Shown: positions 1-9,702 of the stretch, in pieces
Numbering within the stretch: position 1 is the stretch's first letter
Layout: every line of letters starts with the position of its first letter
Source of the DNA: a virus
Direction: 5' to 3' (one strand)
IMG/VR virus record: IMGVR_UViG_3300049427_000004
Location: 114,867 to 178,866 of that record
DNA length: 64,000 nt
Notes under the pieces: generated by a model
What the model was told of the DNA's origin: nothing
Database searches by the model: none
What the model saw: only the letters and a program-made list of their open reading frames with translations
Program-made: the position numbers and the translations under genes

Positions 1-19
1 TCAACACGTTGCTAATTCA

Positions 20-271
20 TTGACTCATGACGACATGAAGGTTTTGGCTATTCTCATGGACAACGAAGCAAATGCTGGATTCAAAGCAATGAAGAACGCC
101 GATGTCTTACCTGCCACGCAGTTATCGGAAGCAACTTATCGTCGAATTATCTACCGTCTTAGTGCCAACAAATTTGTCGAAATTGTCACTCAACAAAAAA
201 TGCACATGCTTTACATTACTGAATTTGGAATGAATGCAATTCGAACCACAGTGAATGGAGTTGGTGCTTAG
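20..271 (+). CDS. Small winged-helix DNA-binding protein, TubR-like candidate (start uncertain)
   Basis: 83 aa, HTH-wing pattern (LPATQLSEATYRRIIYRLSANKFVEIV...LYITEFG); stop overlaps the tubulin gene start at 271. Confidence 0.6.
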   Translation: MTHDDMKVLAILMDNEANAGFKAMKNADVLPATQLSEATYRRIIYRLSANKFVEIVTQQKMHMLYITEFGMNAIRTTVNGVGA

Positions 272-1368
272 TGCTTGCTGTAATTGGCTTAGGTCAGGCA
301 GGATCAAACATTTCCGAAGAGGTTGGTAAATACGGAATATTGAATGGAGCAATAAATTACAGTCAGAAGGATCTCGATGCAGTTGAGGTTAAGCACAAAC
401 TCAGACTACTCGGCTCTGAGGGCGTAGGAAAACAGAGGTTTGATGCAATTAGTCTATTTCAACACCAATGGGAAACTGCAATTAACTTCATTCGTGACAA
501 CTTCAGTAATTCAAAGGTCATTGCATTCGCATTCTCTTCATCAGGAGGATCTGGTTCAGGAATTAGCCCAATACTGCTCGACATGGCTATCCAGATGTTC
601 CCTGATAAAGTGTTCATTTCTCTAGTGGTTATCCCTGAGATAAAAGAAGCAGAGTCTAGCCAAGTAAATTGTGTTTCGACATTTGAGGAGTTATCTGCTT
701 TAGATGTCGCGGTCTTTCCTGTCGACAACCAACAAATCCGTAATCAAAATCCTACTGTTGGAAAAAATCGACTTTATGAAATCTCAAATCAAGAAGCTGC
801 TTCCCTCATTTGTAAATTGGCTGAATATACAAGTAAACATTCTAAAAACGGGAATTTCGATGAAAAGGATCTCTTAACTGTACTAAGAACACGAGGATTA
901 GCAACAATTTCTGAAACACAACTATCATCATCTCTCCAAAGTATCAATCTCACATCTGAGGGTGTAGCAGATAAAGTCATCCAATCATGGGATAATTCAG
1001 TTTTTGCCCCACTTTCATCAGACAGTGTTCAAAAAGCAGCTGTCATATTTGACGGATCAGAATCTCTTATGGATTTCATTCGAGTAGAGACCTTATTTGA
1101 ATCCTTTCAAAATCAACCAGTAGATATTTTCGAGGGATATTATCACGAAGGTAAAGGAAAGATACTGACGGTCTTAACAGGGCTTAAATGGTCATTTAAG
1201 AGGTTAGATGATATTGAAAAATCACTTATTAACAAGCAAAATCATGATGAAAGTGGGATTTCATCTGATATCGGTTACAAGGTTGATTCAAGCATTATTA
1301 GAGCATCTGCTAAGAAACAAGAAAAGAAAGTATCAGTAATGGATATTCTAAGCAAATACAATCGCTAA
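271..1368 (+). CDS. tubZ: Tubulin/FtsZ-family GTPase (TubZ-like)
   Basis: GLGQAG N-terminal loop, SSSGGSGSG tubulin signature, NGNFDEKD T7-loop (NxDxxD), basic C-terminal tail; 365 aa. Confidence 0.88.
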   Translation: MLAVIGLGQAGSNISEEVGKYGILNGAINYSQKDLDAVEVKHKLRLLGSEGVGKQRFDAISLFQHQWETAINFIRDNFSNSKVIAFAFSSSGGSGSGISPILLDMAIQMFPDKVFISLVVIPEIKEAESSQVNCVSTFEELSALDVAVFPVDNQQIRNQNPTVGKNRLYEISNQEAASLICKLAEYTSKHSKNGNFDEKDLLTVLRTRGLATISETQLSSSLQSINLTSEGVADKVIQSWDNSVFAPLSSDSVQKAAVIFDGSESLMDFIRVETLFESFQNQPVDIFEGYYHEGKGKILTVLTGLKWSFKRLDDIEKSLINKQNHDESGISSDIGYKVDSSIIRASAKKQEKKVSVMDILSKYNR

Positions 1369-1394
1369 AACAAAATTAGAGGAGCGTGTTTATT

Positions 1395-1553
1395 ATGACA
1401 ATGAAACAAACTATGAAAACTTTGATGGATCTTAAAAATAACGGAGTAGATATTTTCTTAACAGATGCTGGTTGGTCTTTATTAGTGAGGATTACTGCTG
1501 AACTGGAGAAGAACGAGGAAATTTCGGGAGAAGATACAGATCAAGCGGTATAG
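1395..1553 (+). CDS. Small hypothetical protein, 52 aa (not in ORF track)
   Basis: GAGGAG upstream; ATG1395 open to TAG1553: MTMKQTMKTLMDLKNNGVDIFLTDAGWSLLVRITAELEKNEEISGEDTDQAV. Confidence 0.55.
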   Translation: MTMKQTMKTLMDLKNNGVDIFLTDAGWSLLVRITAELEKNEEISGEDTDQAV

Positions 1554-1565
1554 GACGGTGATAAC

Positions 1566-1736
1566 ATGAAAAAAAGAAATATATTGATCGCTGCAATCAT
1601 GGTTGGTGTATATATTACTCTCCCTGCTTATCGCTATTATGCCATTGGAAGCTATATTGGTTATAAAATCTTAGCTGATAAACAAAATGGCTATAAAGTT
1701 GTTGCAAGAAAGCAAAAGAAACTCATTAAGGCTTAA
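1566..1736 (+). CDS. Small basic membrane protein, 56 aa (not in ORF track)
   Basis: GGACGGTG RBS; MKKRNILIAAIMVGVYITLPAYRYYAIGSYIG...KQKKLIKA, one hydrophobic helix and a Lys-rich tail. Confidence 0.55.
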   Translation: MKKRNILIAAIMVGVYITLPAYRYYAIGSYIGYKILADKQNGYKVVARKQKKLIKA

Positions 1737-1749
1737 TGATAAGTCATTT

Positions 1750-1788
1750 GAGGGTAGAAAACGACAAAAGGACATCCTTTCTACCCTC
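1750..1788. repeat. 11-bp inverted repeat (hairpin, terminator-like)
   Basis: GAGGGTAGAAA (1750-1760) / TTTCTACCCTC (1778-1788). Confidence 0.6.
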
Positions 1789-1902
1789 TAGAACTCAAGA
1801 GTAGACTGTGGGCTATGTTATTGGGTCATCTCTTCCCCCAATATATTCGCATCCGTCAAAAAAAATGCATGTCATGCTTGTAACATTAGAAATTATATAG
1901 GA

Positions 1903-2310
1903 GTGATAACAATGGCTAGGATTGAGTCAATGACAATCAGCCAATTTATGAACCCTAATTACAATACTGAAAAAATATTAGATCCTCTCATCCGATTTTT
2001 AGATAAACACAAAGTAGTCTTTAGAGTTGTGGGCGTTACATTGATAATCTTTTCATCTGGTCTATTGGATACATCAGTATTTGCAGCAACAGGTATTGAT
2101 GAAGGAGCAACAAAAATATATGAGAAGCTTATTAATGTTGGAAAATGGGTCATTATCATTAAAGGTGGATGGGAGACCATCAATAACACCATCAAAGGAG
2201 ATTTTGATACTGCTAAAAAATCATTTCTCCAGTATTTAATTATATATGTAATACTTCTTGCTTTTCCTTGGGCTATGTCAGAGGTTGATGTTCTATTTCG
2301 TGATATATAG
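1903..2310 (+). CDS. Membrane protein, VirB2/TrbC pilin-like topology (likely start ATG1912)
   Basis: Hydrophobic leader ending SVFA|ATG (signal-peptidase-like), then two hydrophobic segments separated by a short charged loop. Confidence 0.55.
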   Translation: MITMARIESMTISQFMNPNYNTEKILDPLIRFLDKHKVVFRVVGVTLIIFSSGLLDTSVFAATGIDEGATKIYEKLINVGKWVIIIKGGWETINNTIKGDFDTAKKSFLQYLIIYVILLAFPWAMSEVDVLFRDI

Positions 2311-2321
2311 GGGGTATCCAA

Positions 2322-2618
2322 ATGATTATTAAAATAAATCACATTCCCCTATCTGATATTGCAGATTCATTGTTCTTTCCTGAAGAAGCAAAAGAAACCG
2401 TTAAAGAATGGGCGAAAGAACAAGTGCAGGAAGCCATTATGGGAGCATTAGAAGCCATAAAAGAAGTTCTAGTCGATTTGAGTTTTAGCTTAGCATTAGT
2501 AGGAGGTGTATTATGTGTCCTGTTCTGGGTTGTAGGCTGGAAGGACGGTAAGAGGTGGGCAGCAATACTATTCCTTGCTAATGTGTTAATAAAATTACTT
2601 CTTGGTGGTGCTGCATAA
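2322..2618 (+). CDS. Small two-TM membrane protein
   Basis: 98 aa, two C-terminal hydrophobic helices; stop overlaps the ATPase start (TAATG). Confidence 0.7.
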   Translation: MIIKINHIPLSDIADSLFFPEEAKETVKEWAKEQVQEAIMGALEAIKEVLVDLSFSLALVGGVLCVLFWVVGWKDGKRWAAILFLANVLIKLLLGGAA

Positions 2619-5017
2619 TGAAAAAATCAATAAAATTGAGCGATTATATTCAAATTATTAGGCCAGAATACGTCTTTCTTAAGCTTAAACCTAATAATTC
2701 CATCAGAAATAATGGAACCCATAAGGTCGCAAGAGCCATTAGTGGATTGTATAGGAATGTTTTTGAAAGCATTAAGCGTGAAGAAGAGAAACTGGTAAAG
2801 TTGTTTGGCAAAGAATTTATATTACCTACCAAGATCAGTATCCACCCAAATATAAAAGTAGGATACTTAATATACATGGAAAAGAAAAAAGTGGATTTTT
2901 ATCTAATTGTGCCAAAAACTCAATTATCATTTATCAAAGAAAAAATTAGTGATGTCTGGACTAATATTACTATTGATCAGATTGCAGTACTCCCCTGTTT
3001 TACTGACAATTCAACTAAGCACCAAATTATATATAAAAAAGAAGACGGATTGAGTTTAGCAGTAGATAGAAGAAATAACGAATTATTGAACAGTAATCTG
3101 AATGTTGTTGAGATGCTGGAGGAAGGTGATCGAGTTGGCGTTTTTTACAACTTCCTCCCTTCAACTCAACATGGTTGGAAGTTTAAACACAAAGCAACAA
3201 TTGATAAATATAAAAGTGGTAAACCTGTGGATCGCAATAAAGCTGGTTGGTCTTATATTCTTAGGTGGGGTGCAGCTACTATCGATGGAGTCTTAGCGTC
3301 TTTCGCGGAAGCAATATCAGGCAGTGATGGTAAATCCAAAAGTAAAGATGAAGATGACGTAGGATTGTTAACAAAATTATTTGAGGGAATGAACGGACAA
3401 AAGAAACTAAGCGATTGGTCATTAAAAAAGGGGAACTCTTCTACCCTTCCGCTACAAATTGTGACCATGACAGATAGCACAGACAAAATTCGCGAGAGAA
3501 ATATTTCAAGAAGTCTAGCTCAAAGCTTTGATACAATCAGTGAGGATAATGAATTAATTTATAAACCCTTTAAAAAAACATTTAACTATACAGATTATTC
3601 TATTGGCGCAGAACGTAACTGCATAGGTGATGAGGAAGCTCAAAATTTCCTGTCTTTGGCAGGAAGAGATGTGCTAGAGAGATATAATTTTATTGAAAAA
3701 GTAGAAACAAATGAAACAGAAGTTCCAGAAGATCTACAACAAGGAGTGATGTGTATTGGTGAAAATATATATCGAGGCAAAAAACAACGAGCCTTTTTAA
3801 GCAATGATATTGAATTTAGAAATCTCCTACTATTACTCATTGGCCCCACTCGCGCAGGTAAAAGTAATTTAATTAGCCATTTAAGTATAGATGCAATTGA
3901 AAATGGCGAGTGCGTGATTATTTTCGACTTTATTGAAAACTGTGAATTAAGTGATAGTGTCGCAAAGCTTTTTCCAAAAGAAAAAGTATTGGAAATAAGG
4001 TGTGATGATTTTAACGCTATGCAAGGACTCGGATACAATGAAGTCGGTAAAAGCAATGACACTTTCAAGCAATATGAAAACGCTAAGCGTCAAACTACAA
4101 ATGTGCTCACATTAGTCAATTCAATTAATGCGGATGAAAGTCGATTAAGTCCTAAGATGGAACGATATTTAGAAAGTGCTAGTCTAATCGTTTTTATTAG
4201 CAATGGAAGCATAAAGGATGTATTTGGTGTTCTTACTAATTTTAAAATCAGATATCAGTATCTTAAAAAAGTTCCCATGACTCAGTTTGAAAATTTAGAA
4301 GAATACATTGATAACTTGCATGAGCTTGATGAAACTGATAAAGAGGGATTGGTTACTGGAACAAAAACAAATCTTATCGTAGGAATTATTGACCGACTAA
4401 ACACACTTAAGCGAAATACCTATATGGAACTCATGCTTAAAAAAGATACATCGAAGAACATTGACCTTAGCGAAGAAATGCAAAAAAATCAATTAATTGT
4501 TGTTCGGATGCCTCAATCGATGTTCACTGTTGATAGCGAACGAGATGTCTACACTCTCTTCTGGTTAAGTAAACTCTGGCTTGCAGCTCAGGTTCGAGCG
4601 GAAAGAATCAAGGATAAGACTAAGAGAACAAAAATTAATCTTGTTATTGATGAATTGTATCAAGTGTCGAATACCGAGAAATTTCTAACAACCAAACTAT
4701 CTCAAATGGCTAAATTCATTGTGAAGCCAATAGTTAGTTGTCACTATATAAACCAGTTAAAACATATGAGAGATGAATTAAGAAGTGCTAATACTTCATA
4801 CATGCTCTTAGCTGGATCAGATAAGAAAAATTATGACGAATTAAAAAACGAACTATTTCCATTTACTGATGAAGATCTTAAAGATATGAAACGATATTAC
4901 TCGATGAACTATGTAAAAAACAAAGACGGATACTCTCGGTTCATTACTGCTTTACCAGATAAAGTAGAAAAAAGAATCAAAAAAGGAACGGTGAAAACAG
5001 ATGATATTAAAAATTAA
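2618..5017 (+). CDS. VirD4/TrwB/HerA-FtsK superfamily P-loop ATPase (coupling-protein-like DNA translocase)
   Basis: Walker A GPTRAGKS, VIIFD strand, Walker B LVIDE, SCHYINQL resembling the AHQYLxQL motif of T4CP-like ATPases; 799 aa. Confidence 0.75.
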   Translation: MKKSIKLSDYIQIIRPEYVFLKLKPNNSIRNNGTHKVARAISGLYRNVFESIKREEEKLVKLFGKEFILPTKISIHPNIKVGYLIYMEKKKVDFYLIVPKTQLSFIKEKISDVWTNITIDQIAVLPCFTDNSTKHQIIYKKEDGLSLAVDRRNNELLNSNLNVVEMLEEGDRVGVFYNFLPSTQHGWKFKHKATIDKYKSGKPVDRNKAGWSYILRWGAATIDGVLASFAEAISGSDGKSKSKDEDDVGLLTKLFEGMNGQKKLSDWSLKKGNSSTLPLQIVTMTDSTDKIRERNISRSLAQSFDTISEDNELIYKPFKKTFNYTDYSIGAERNCIGDEEAQNFLSLAGRDVLERYNFIEKVETNETEVPEDLQQGVMCIGENIYRGKKQRAFLSNDIEFRNLLLLLIGPTRAGKSNLISHLSIDAIENGECVIIFDFIENCELSDSVAKLFPKEKVLEIRCDDFNAMQGLGYNEVGKSNDTFKQYENAKRQTTNVLTLVNSINADESRLSPKMERYLESASLIVFISNGSIKDVFGVLTNFKIRYQYLKKVPMTQFENLEEYIDNLHELDETDKEGLVTGTKTNLIVGIIDRLNTLKRNTYMELMLKKDTSKNIDLSEEMQKNQLIVVRMPQSMFTVDSERDVYTLFWLSKLWLAAQVRAERIKDKTKRTKINLVIDELYQVSNTEKFLTTKLSQMAKFIVKPIVSCHYINQLKHMRDELRSANTSYMLLAGSDKKNYDELKNELFPFTDEDLKDMKRYYSMNYVKNKDGYSRFITALPDKVEKRIKKGTVKTDDIKN

Positions 5018-5240
5018 CGGCTCACCAATTAGTGAATCTATCAGTGTATGTGAGGACGGTTTGAATTTCAACTTGGATCTTTGTGATTTGTATGATATTG
5101 TTCACACACCTGTTAATGTGGACATCTCTTATAATGGTCATAATATTATCAATGGAGACATCAATACATTTAATTGGGCGCAGTCTGGAGTTGAAAAAAT
5201 TGGTGACGGAATAGGATTAATAATCGATCATTTATTCTGA
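5001..5240 (+). CDS. Hypothetical protein, 79 aa
   Basis: Overlaps the ATPase stop; followed by a terminator. Confidence 0.55.
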   Translation: MILKINGSPISESISVCEDGLNFNLDLCDLYDIVHTPVNVDISYNGHNIINGDINTFNWAQSGVEKIGDGIGLIIDHLF

Positions 5241-5272
5241 GGAGTCCCAAAAGGACTTCTCTTCCCTTTTTA
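5239..5272 (+). terminator. Intrinsic terminator closing the tubulin/ATPase region
   Basis: GAGGAGTCC-caaaa-GGACTTCTC followed by a pyrimidine/T run. Confidence 0.6.
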
Positions 5273-5292
5273 AAAGCGAAAAATTAAAATCA

Positions 5293-5322
5293 TTGACAAA
5301 TCTTTGGAAATGATGTTACATT
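5293..5322 (+). promoter_or_regulatory. SigA-type promoter for the RNAP operon
   Basis: TTGACA (5293) - 18 nt - TACATT (5317) with extended TG. Confidence 0.6.
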
Positions 5323-5414
5323 GATCTTGCAAACAAGAGATAAATATTCTTGATTTGCCGAATCTTATTAGAGAGGGTTGATTAAATAAAAAATATGAAA
5401 AAGGTGATTTTAAG

Positions 5415-5627
5415 ATGGGGAATCTATCAAGGTTGACGTGGCAGGACGCTTACTATGACGGTAATATTGACGAACGTTATGAAGTATTTTGCGAAGAGAA
5501 TCAGAATACATATGCAAGAAAAGGGAATGACGGATGGGACACACATACCAGCAGCGACAAGAGGTATGAAGATGATTTTTCATATGAACGAAAGTTGATG
5601 AGTGGAGAAATAAAACGGATTAGGTAG
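5415..5627 (+). CDS. Small acidic hypothetical protein, 70 aa
   Basis: AAGGTG RBS, ATG start; first gene after the SigA promoter. Confidence 0.65.
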   Translation: MGNLSRLTWQDAYYDGNIDERYEVFCEENQNTYARKGNDGWDTHTSSDKRYEDDFSYERKLMSGEIKRIR

Positions 5628-5639
5628 GTGAAACTATAG

Positions 5640-6929
5640 TTGGAAAGCAATTATGTTAAATTGTGGTTTGCATATGATATTAATAACCAAATAACCTACA
5701 TATCAAGTATTAATGAATCTAACAAATACAATACATATAATTGTCCTATTTGCTCATCTACCGTCATACCAAAAGCGCTTAATTCATCAAAAGTTGCATC
5801 TCATTTCGCCCATGACGATTCGACTCAGTGTAATTCAGAGACAATGATTCACTGGTGGTTTAAAAACAAATTTATTGAATGTGGCGATAGAATAATAATC
5901 CATGGACAAGATAAAACATACATCTGTTCTGAAGTAATTGTTGAACAATCAATACATACTTCTCATGGCATTTATCGCCCTGACATTACGATCAAAACAA
6001 AATGTAGCGAAATTATATATTTTGAAATGAATTATCGAAATAAGAAGAAAACTGAAGATTATATAGATAAATGGTTAGAGTTAAAGAAAACAGTTGTAGA
6101 AGTAGACATTAAAGACTTGTTGTTAGGTAATGAAGCATCTAGCTTTACTCCCCTTTTCTCCAATGGAAAGATAATTAATTCTAAGAAGAATGATACATAT
6201 TACAATACCATCGGTAAGTATAAAGAAATTGTTCTGTATGATTTTGTCACAGATGAGCAAAAGAAAAGAATTGAAAAATTGGATTGGTTATGGCGTGAAA
6301 TAACAAATTATAAACTCGGAACCATTTCAATAGATCGTATTTCCCTAATTATCGATTCCATTGATCAGGAAGGCAGAGGCGTTGTAGATGAGGTGCTAAA
6401 GTCAGCAAAATGCAGTAAACTTTATAAAGATTATAAAAACTATAAAAAACAATTTGAAGAACTCCAACTAGATTTTACTCCAGAAGACCTAACTAATAAA
6501 GTATCATTTGTGAATGAAAATCAATGCATTAATCCTTACGAATTAAAATTAGTTAGTACCAAAAAATACAAATCAGAAAGTTATTATAATGGCAGCAGAA
6601 AGCATATGTATAAAACAAGACAATATTTTAGCCACTACACTTTTTCAGTGGTACTGAAGTGTAAAGAAAAAATAATTAATCGTATTTCAGTATTAAATAA
6701 AGATTATGAGAAACTTGTTAATACAAATTTTCTCACTGAATGGACTATTCAAATTACAAAAAACCATAAGATTGGTAACAGATGCGTAGAATGCAATAAG
6801 GTATTTAATATGGAGTTTAAAGAGTTGAAGTATTATTCAGACAAAAATTTTAAAATTCCAAAACGTTGCCCTGTATGTAAAAGTAAAAGAAAAAACAATC
6901 AAGATCGGAGGACTTCTATTATTGAGTAA
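5640..6929 (+). CDS. CoiA-like PD-(D/E)xK nuclease with N-terminal Zn finger and C-terminal zinc ribbon
   Basis: CPIC...HFAH...C, YRPDI...IYFEMNYRNKK nuclease motif; C-terminal CVEC...FKIPKRCPVCK. Confidence 0.65.
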   Translation: MESNYVKLWFAYDINNQITYISSINESNKYNTYNCPICSSTVIPKALNSSKVASHFAHDDSTQCNSETMIHWWFKNKFIECGDRIIIHGQDKTYICSEVIVEQSIHTSHGIYRPDITIKTKCSEIIYFEMNYRNKKKTEDYIDKWLELKKTVVEVDIKDLLLGNEASSFTPLFSNGKIINSKKNDTYYNTIGKYKEIVLYDFVTDEQKKRIEKLDWLWREITNYKLGTISIDRISLIIDSIDQEGRGVVDEVLKSAKCSKLYKDYKNYKKQFEELQLDFTPEDLTNKVSFVNENQCINPYELKLVSTKKYKSESYYNGSRKHMYKTRQYFSHYTFSVVLKCKEKIINRISVLNKDYEKLVNTNFLTEWTIQITKNHKIGNRCVECNKVFNMEFKELKYYSDKNFKIPKRCPVCKSKRKNNQDRRTSIIE

Positions 6930-9702
6930 ACAAAAATCCAGTTTAAAATACATATTTAAAATCAACTCGTCGCGAATAAGAAGTGCGAATTGGAATCTTA
7001 ACCTATCCTCTTCTGAAGCATTTAAAAACGAGGAAATTGTTTCATTAGCTGATAGCACAACTCTTAGATTCATAAGGAATATCAAAGGTCTTAATGATGA
7101 TGAAATTGAAAATCAAGTTAAAGTAACAAAAAAACAAATTAAAATATTAAAATCATATCCTACAACACCTGAACATAGAAAGAATATCAGAAAACAGTAC
7201 GATTTATTGTTCGATTTGACGTTTGTCAAGGATTATATATGCATTGTTATGGACAGCAATAAAGACTTTGACAGGTTGAATAGCAAAAAAGGATTCTATA
7301 TAAACGGCGTTAAATTTAAACGACTCTTGGCTACAACAGGAGGAGCAAAAAATAGCACCGTTGTATACGTAAGTGATTTGATACATAGCGAGTTAAATAT
7401 ACGTCTAGAAAACGGTAGAGATGCAAGCAAACCTTTTGTTCCAGCTAAGCTTGAGGCCTACAAGTCTCTAGCATGCAGCGCAAGCGTCACAGTACCAAAT
7501 CCAACAGGAATTTTAGTTGTGAATGACTGCGTAACAAATTTCACTTCGGACATAGTCAAGATTGATGACACCTATGGTGAGTATCCTTCAATGACATATG
7601 AAAAAGACAGCATAGTAGAGTTAAATGATAGTGATGGATATGGTTTGATCCTCCCTTCTCTCAGCAAGCATTGGGCCGAATTTTTAGGAGAAGATTACAC
7701 CCCAAGTGGTTATTGTTTGAGGGGATCATTTACAAAGGGTATGGTTTTTAGTTTTGACTTTCTTGATTTTGCGAATAAAATATCTGGAACAACTAAAGTC
7801 ATAGATGCTTGGGGAAATATGAAGGATTTAATTGATGATCAGATTCAATTAATTCTAACAACTTCTATGTTAAAACTGTGGGACAGTTACAACAACATTG
7901 AACATTACCTGCGTTGTTGTGATGAAAACGGTTATGAATGGAGTGTCACCAAGGTAATACCGAAGCAGCTTGAAAATGAAAGAAATTTAAACTACCAATT
8001 CATACAATCTTTAAATCTCAGTGACAATGATATTGATGAATTAATTGAGCCTACAATTACAGAAATCAAAGATGTTCTAAGTGAAGATTGGAGAAAAAGT
8101 CTGCTGTTCTTAAAAGGATCGCATTTACATGATAAGAGCTTTACACAATCGGATAGTGATTTCTCAAAAGCACTAATGGTAGACAAAGAAATGATAAAAG
8201 ATCCATTTGTAAGAACAAGAATACATAATATGACTAAAAAAAGAATAAACGATGCCAAAACAGGAGTTCTCAGAGTAAAAGGAAATTTTTCTATTGTTTC
8301 AGGAGACCCGTATAGCCTCTGTCAGTCGATTTTTGGTATGGAGGTTACGGGATTACTCAAGGCAGGAGAATTTTATTCGAATTACTGGAATGAAAAGAAT
8401 ATTGATAAGGTGGCATGCTTTAGAGCGCCAATGACATGTCACAATAACATACGAATACTTAGATTTAAAAATACTGAAGTTATGAACTATTGGTATCAGT
8501 ATATGAGCACTGTTACAATTTTTAACTCATGGGATACGACAGCTCACGCCTTAAATGGTTTGGATAAAGATGGCGATTCAGTAATGACTACCCCATCCCC
8601 TGTCATCCTTAGGGCAATTAGAGAGTTAGAAGCAATCTTATGTGTACAAAAAACAGCAAATAAAATCATTGCCACAGAAGATGATTTTATAAAAGCAAAC
8701 AAGAACAGTTTTGGAGATGCCATAGGTTCTATAACCAATCGAATCACATCTATGTTCGACGTTCAAGCAAAGTATGACAGAGCAAGTGAAGAGTACAAGG
8801 AATTAGAATACAGAATTATCTGTGGTCAGAATTATCAGCAAAACGCAATAGACAAGTCTAAAGGAATCGTAAGTAAAGCGATGCCAAAAGATTGGTATGA
8901 TTACAAATCAAATATGCCTTCTAATGATGAAGAAGAAGATATTAATGAGCAAAGGGATTTTAATATAAGCATCTTAGCTGATAAAAAACCGTATTTCTTC
9001 TCATACATATATCCACATTTGATGAAGCAGCATAGACTATACATAGCAAATACAACCAAGAATGCTTACAAACGATTCGATCTAAGTGTTGAAGAATTAA
9101 TTGCAAAAGAAGGTAAAAATGAAGATGAAGAGAATTTTCTAAAGTTTTATCATTATAAAACTCCTCTTTCAATGGCTGATTCAGTAATGAATAATATTTG
9201 TCGTAAAATTGAGGGTGAGTTTGATAACGTTAGAGTCACCCTCAAGAAAGTTGAATTTGATCATACAATACTTATGAGTAACGCTACTTATACTAAGGGT
9301 CGGTTTGCAGCTATAAAGGAACTTTATAAGCAATACCTCACTCAGGTTAGGGAATATGTAAAATCATCTAAGTCGATGAAAATTGATAAAGATGAGCGAC
9401 AAAGTAAACGTGCTGAATTTGTGGAATCCTTTAAAAAAGAAGCATCAATGCTTTGTAATTGTATAGAGGAGCTAACCAATATTGTAGTTGAAGTTTGCTA
9501 CAGCAACGGAAGCGATAATTCTAAGCAATTTGCTTGGGACATATGTGGAGAACAAATGATCAAAAATTTACTTAAGAGGAATAATAATACGATCCACTAC
9601 CCCGTATTGGATTCACTTGGAGACATCGAATTTGGTGGAGAAAAATTTAAATTAGTTTCTAATGTATTGGAGGATTGCGATATTGAAAGTAGTTTTAAAT
9701 GA
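6922..9702 (+). CDS. yonO: YonO-like single-subunit (double-psi barrel) phage RNA polymerase
   Basis: 926 aa; catalytic NGLDKDGD (DxDGD), FRAPMT motif; located upstream of HU and the late genes as in SPbeta. Confidence 0.88.
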   Translation: MSKQKSSLKYIFKINSSRIRSANWNLNLSSSEAFKNEEIVSLADSTTLRFIRNIKGLNDDEIENQVKVTKKQIKILKSYPTTPEHRKNIRKQYDLLFDLTFVKDYICIVMDSNKDFDRLNSKKGFYINGVKFKRLLATTGGAKNSTVVYVSDLIHSELNIRLENGRDASKPFVPAKLEAYKSLACSASVTVPNPTGILVVNDCVTNFTSDIVKIDDTYGEYPSMTYEKDSIVELNDSDGYGLILPSLSKHWAEFLGEDYTPSGYCLRGSFTKGMVFSFDFLDFANKISGTTKVIDAWGNMKDLIDDQIQLILTTSMLKLWDSYNNIEHYLRCCDENGYEWSVTKVIPKQLENERNLNYQFIQSLNLSDNDIDELIEPTITEIKDVLSEDWRKSLLFLKGSHLHDKSFTQSDSDFSKALMVDKEMIKDPFVRTRIHNMTKKRINDAKTGVLRVKGNFSIVSGDPYSLCQSIFGMEVTGLLKAGEFYSNYWNEKNIDKVACFRAPMTCHNNIRILRFKNTEVMNYWYQYMSTVTIFNSWDTTAHALNGLDKDGDSVMTTPSPVILRAIRELEAILCVQKTANKIIATEDDFIKANKNSFGDAIGSITNRITSMFDVQAKYDRASEEYKELEYRIICGQNYQQNAIDKSKGIVSKAMPKDWYDYKSNMPSNDEEEDINEQRDFNISILADKKPYFFSYIYPHLMKQHRLYIANTTKNAYKRFDLSVEELIAKEGKNEDEENFLKFYHYKTPLSMADSVMNNICRKIEGEFDNVRVTLKKVEFDHTILMSNATYTKGRFAAIKELYKQYLTQVREYVKSSKSMKIDKDERQSKRAEFVESFKKEASMLCNCIEELTNIVVEVCYSNGSDNSKQFAWDICGEQMIKNLLKRNNNTIHYPVLDSLGDIEFGGEKFKLVSNVLEDCDIESSFK

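Noticed and set aside
1840-1890. Sporulation sigma (SigG/SigE) promoter ahead of the pilin-like gene
   Set aside because: GCAT/CAT elements are present but spacing and consensus fit are poor.
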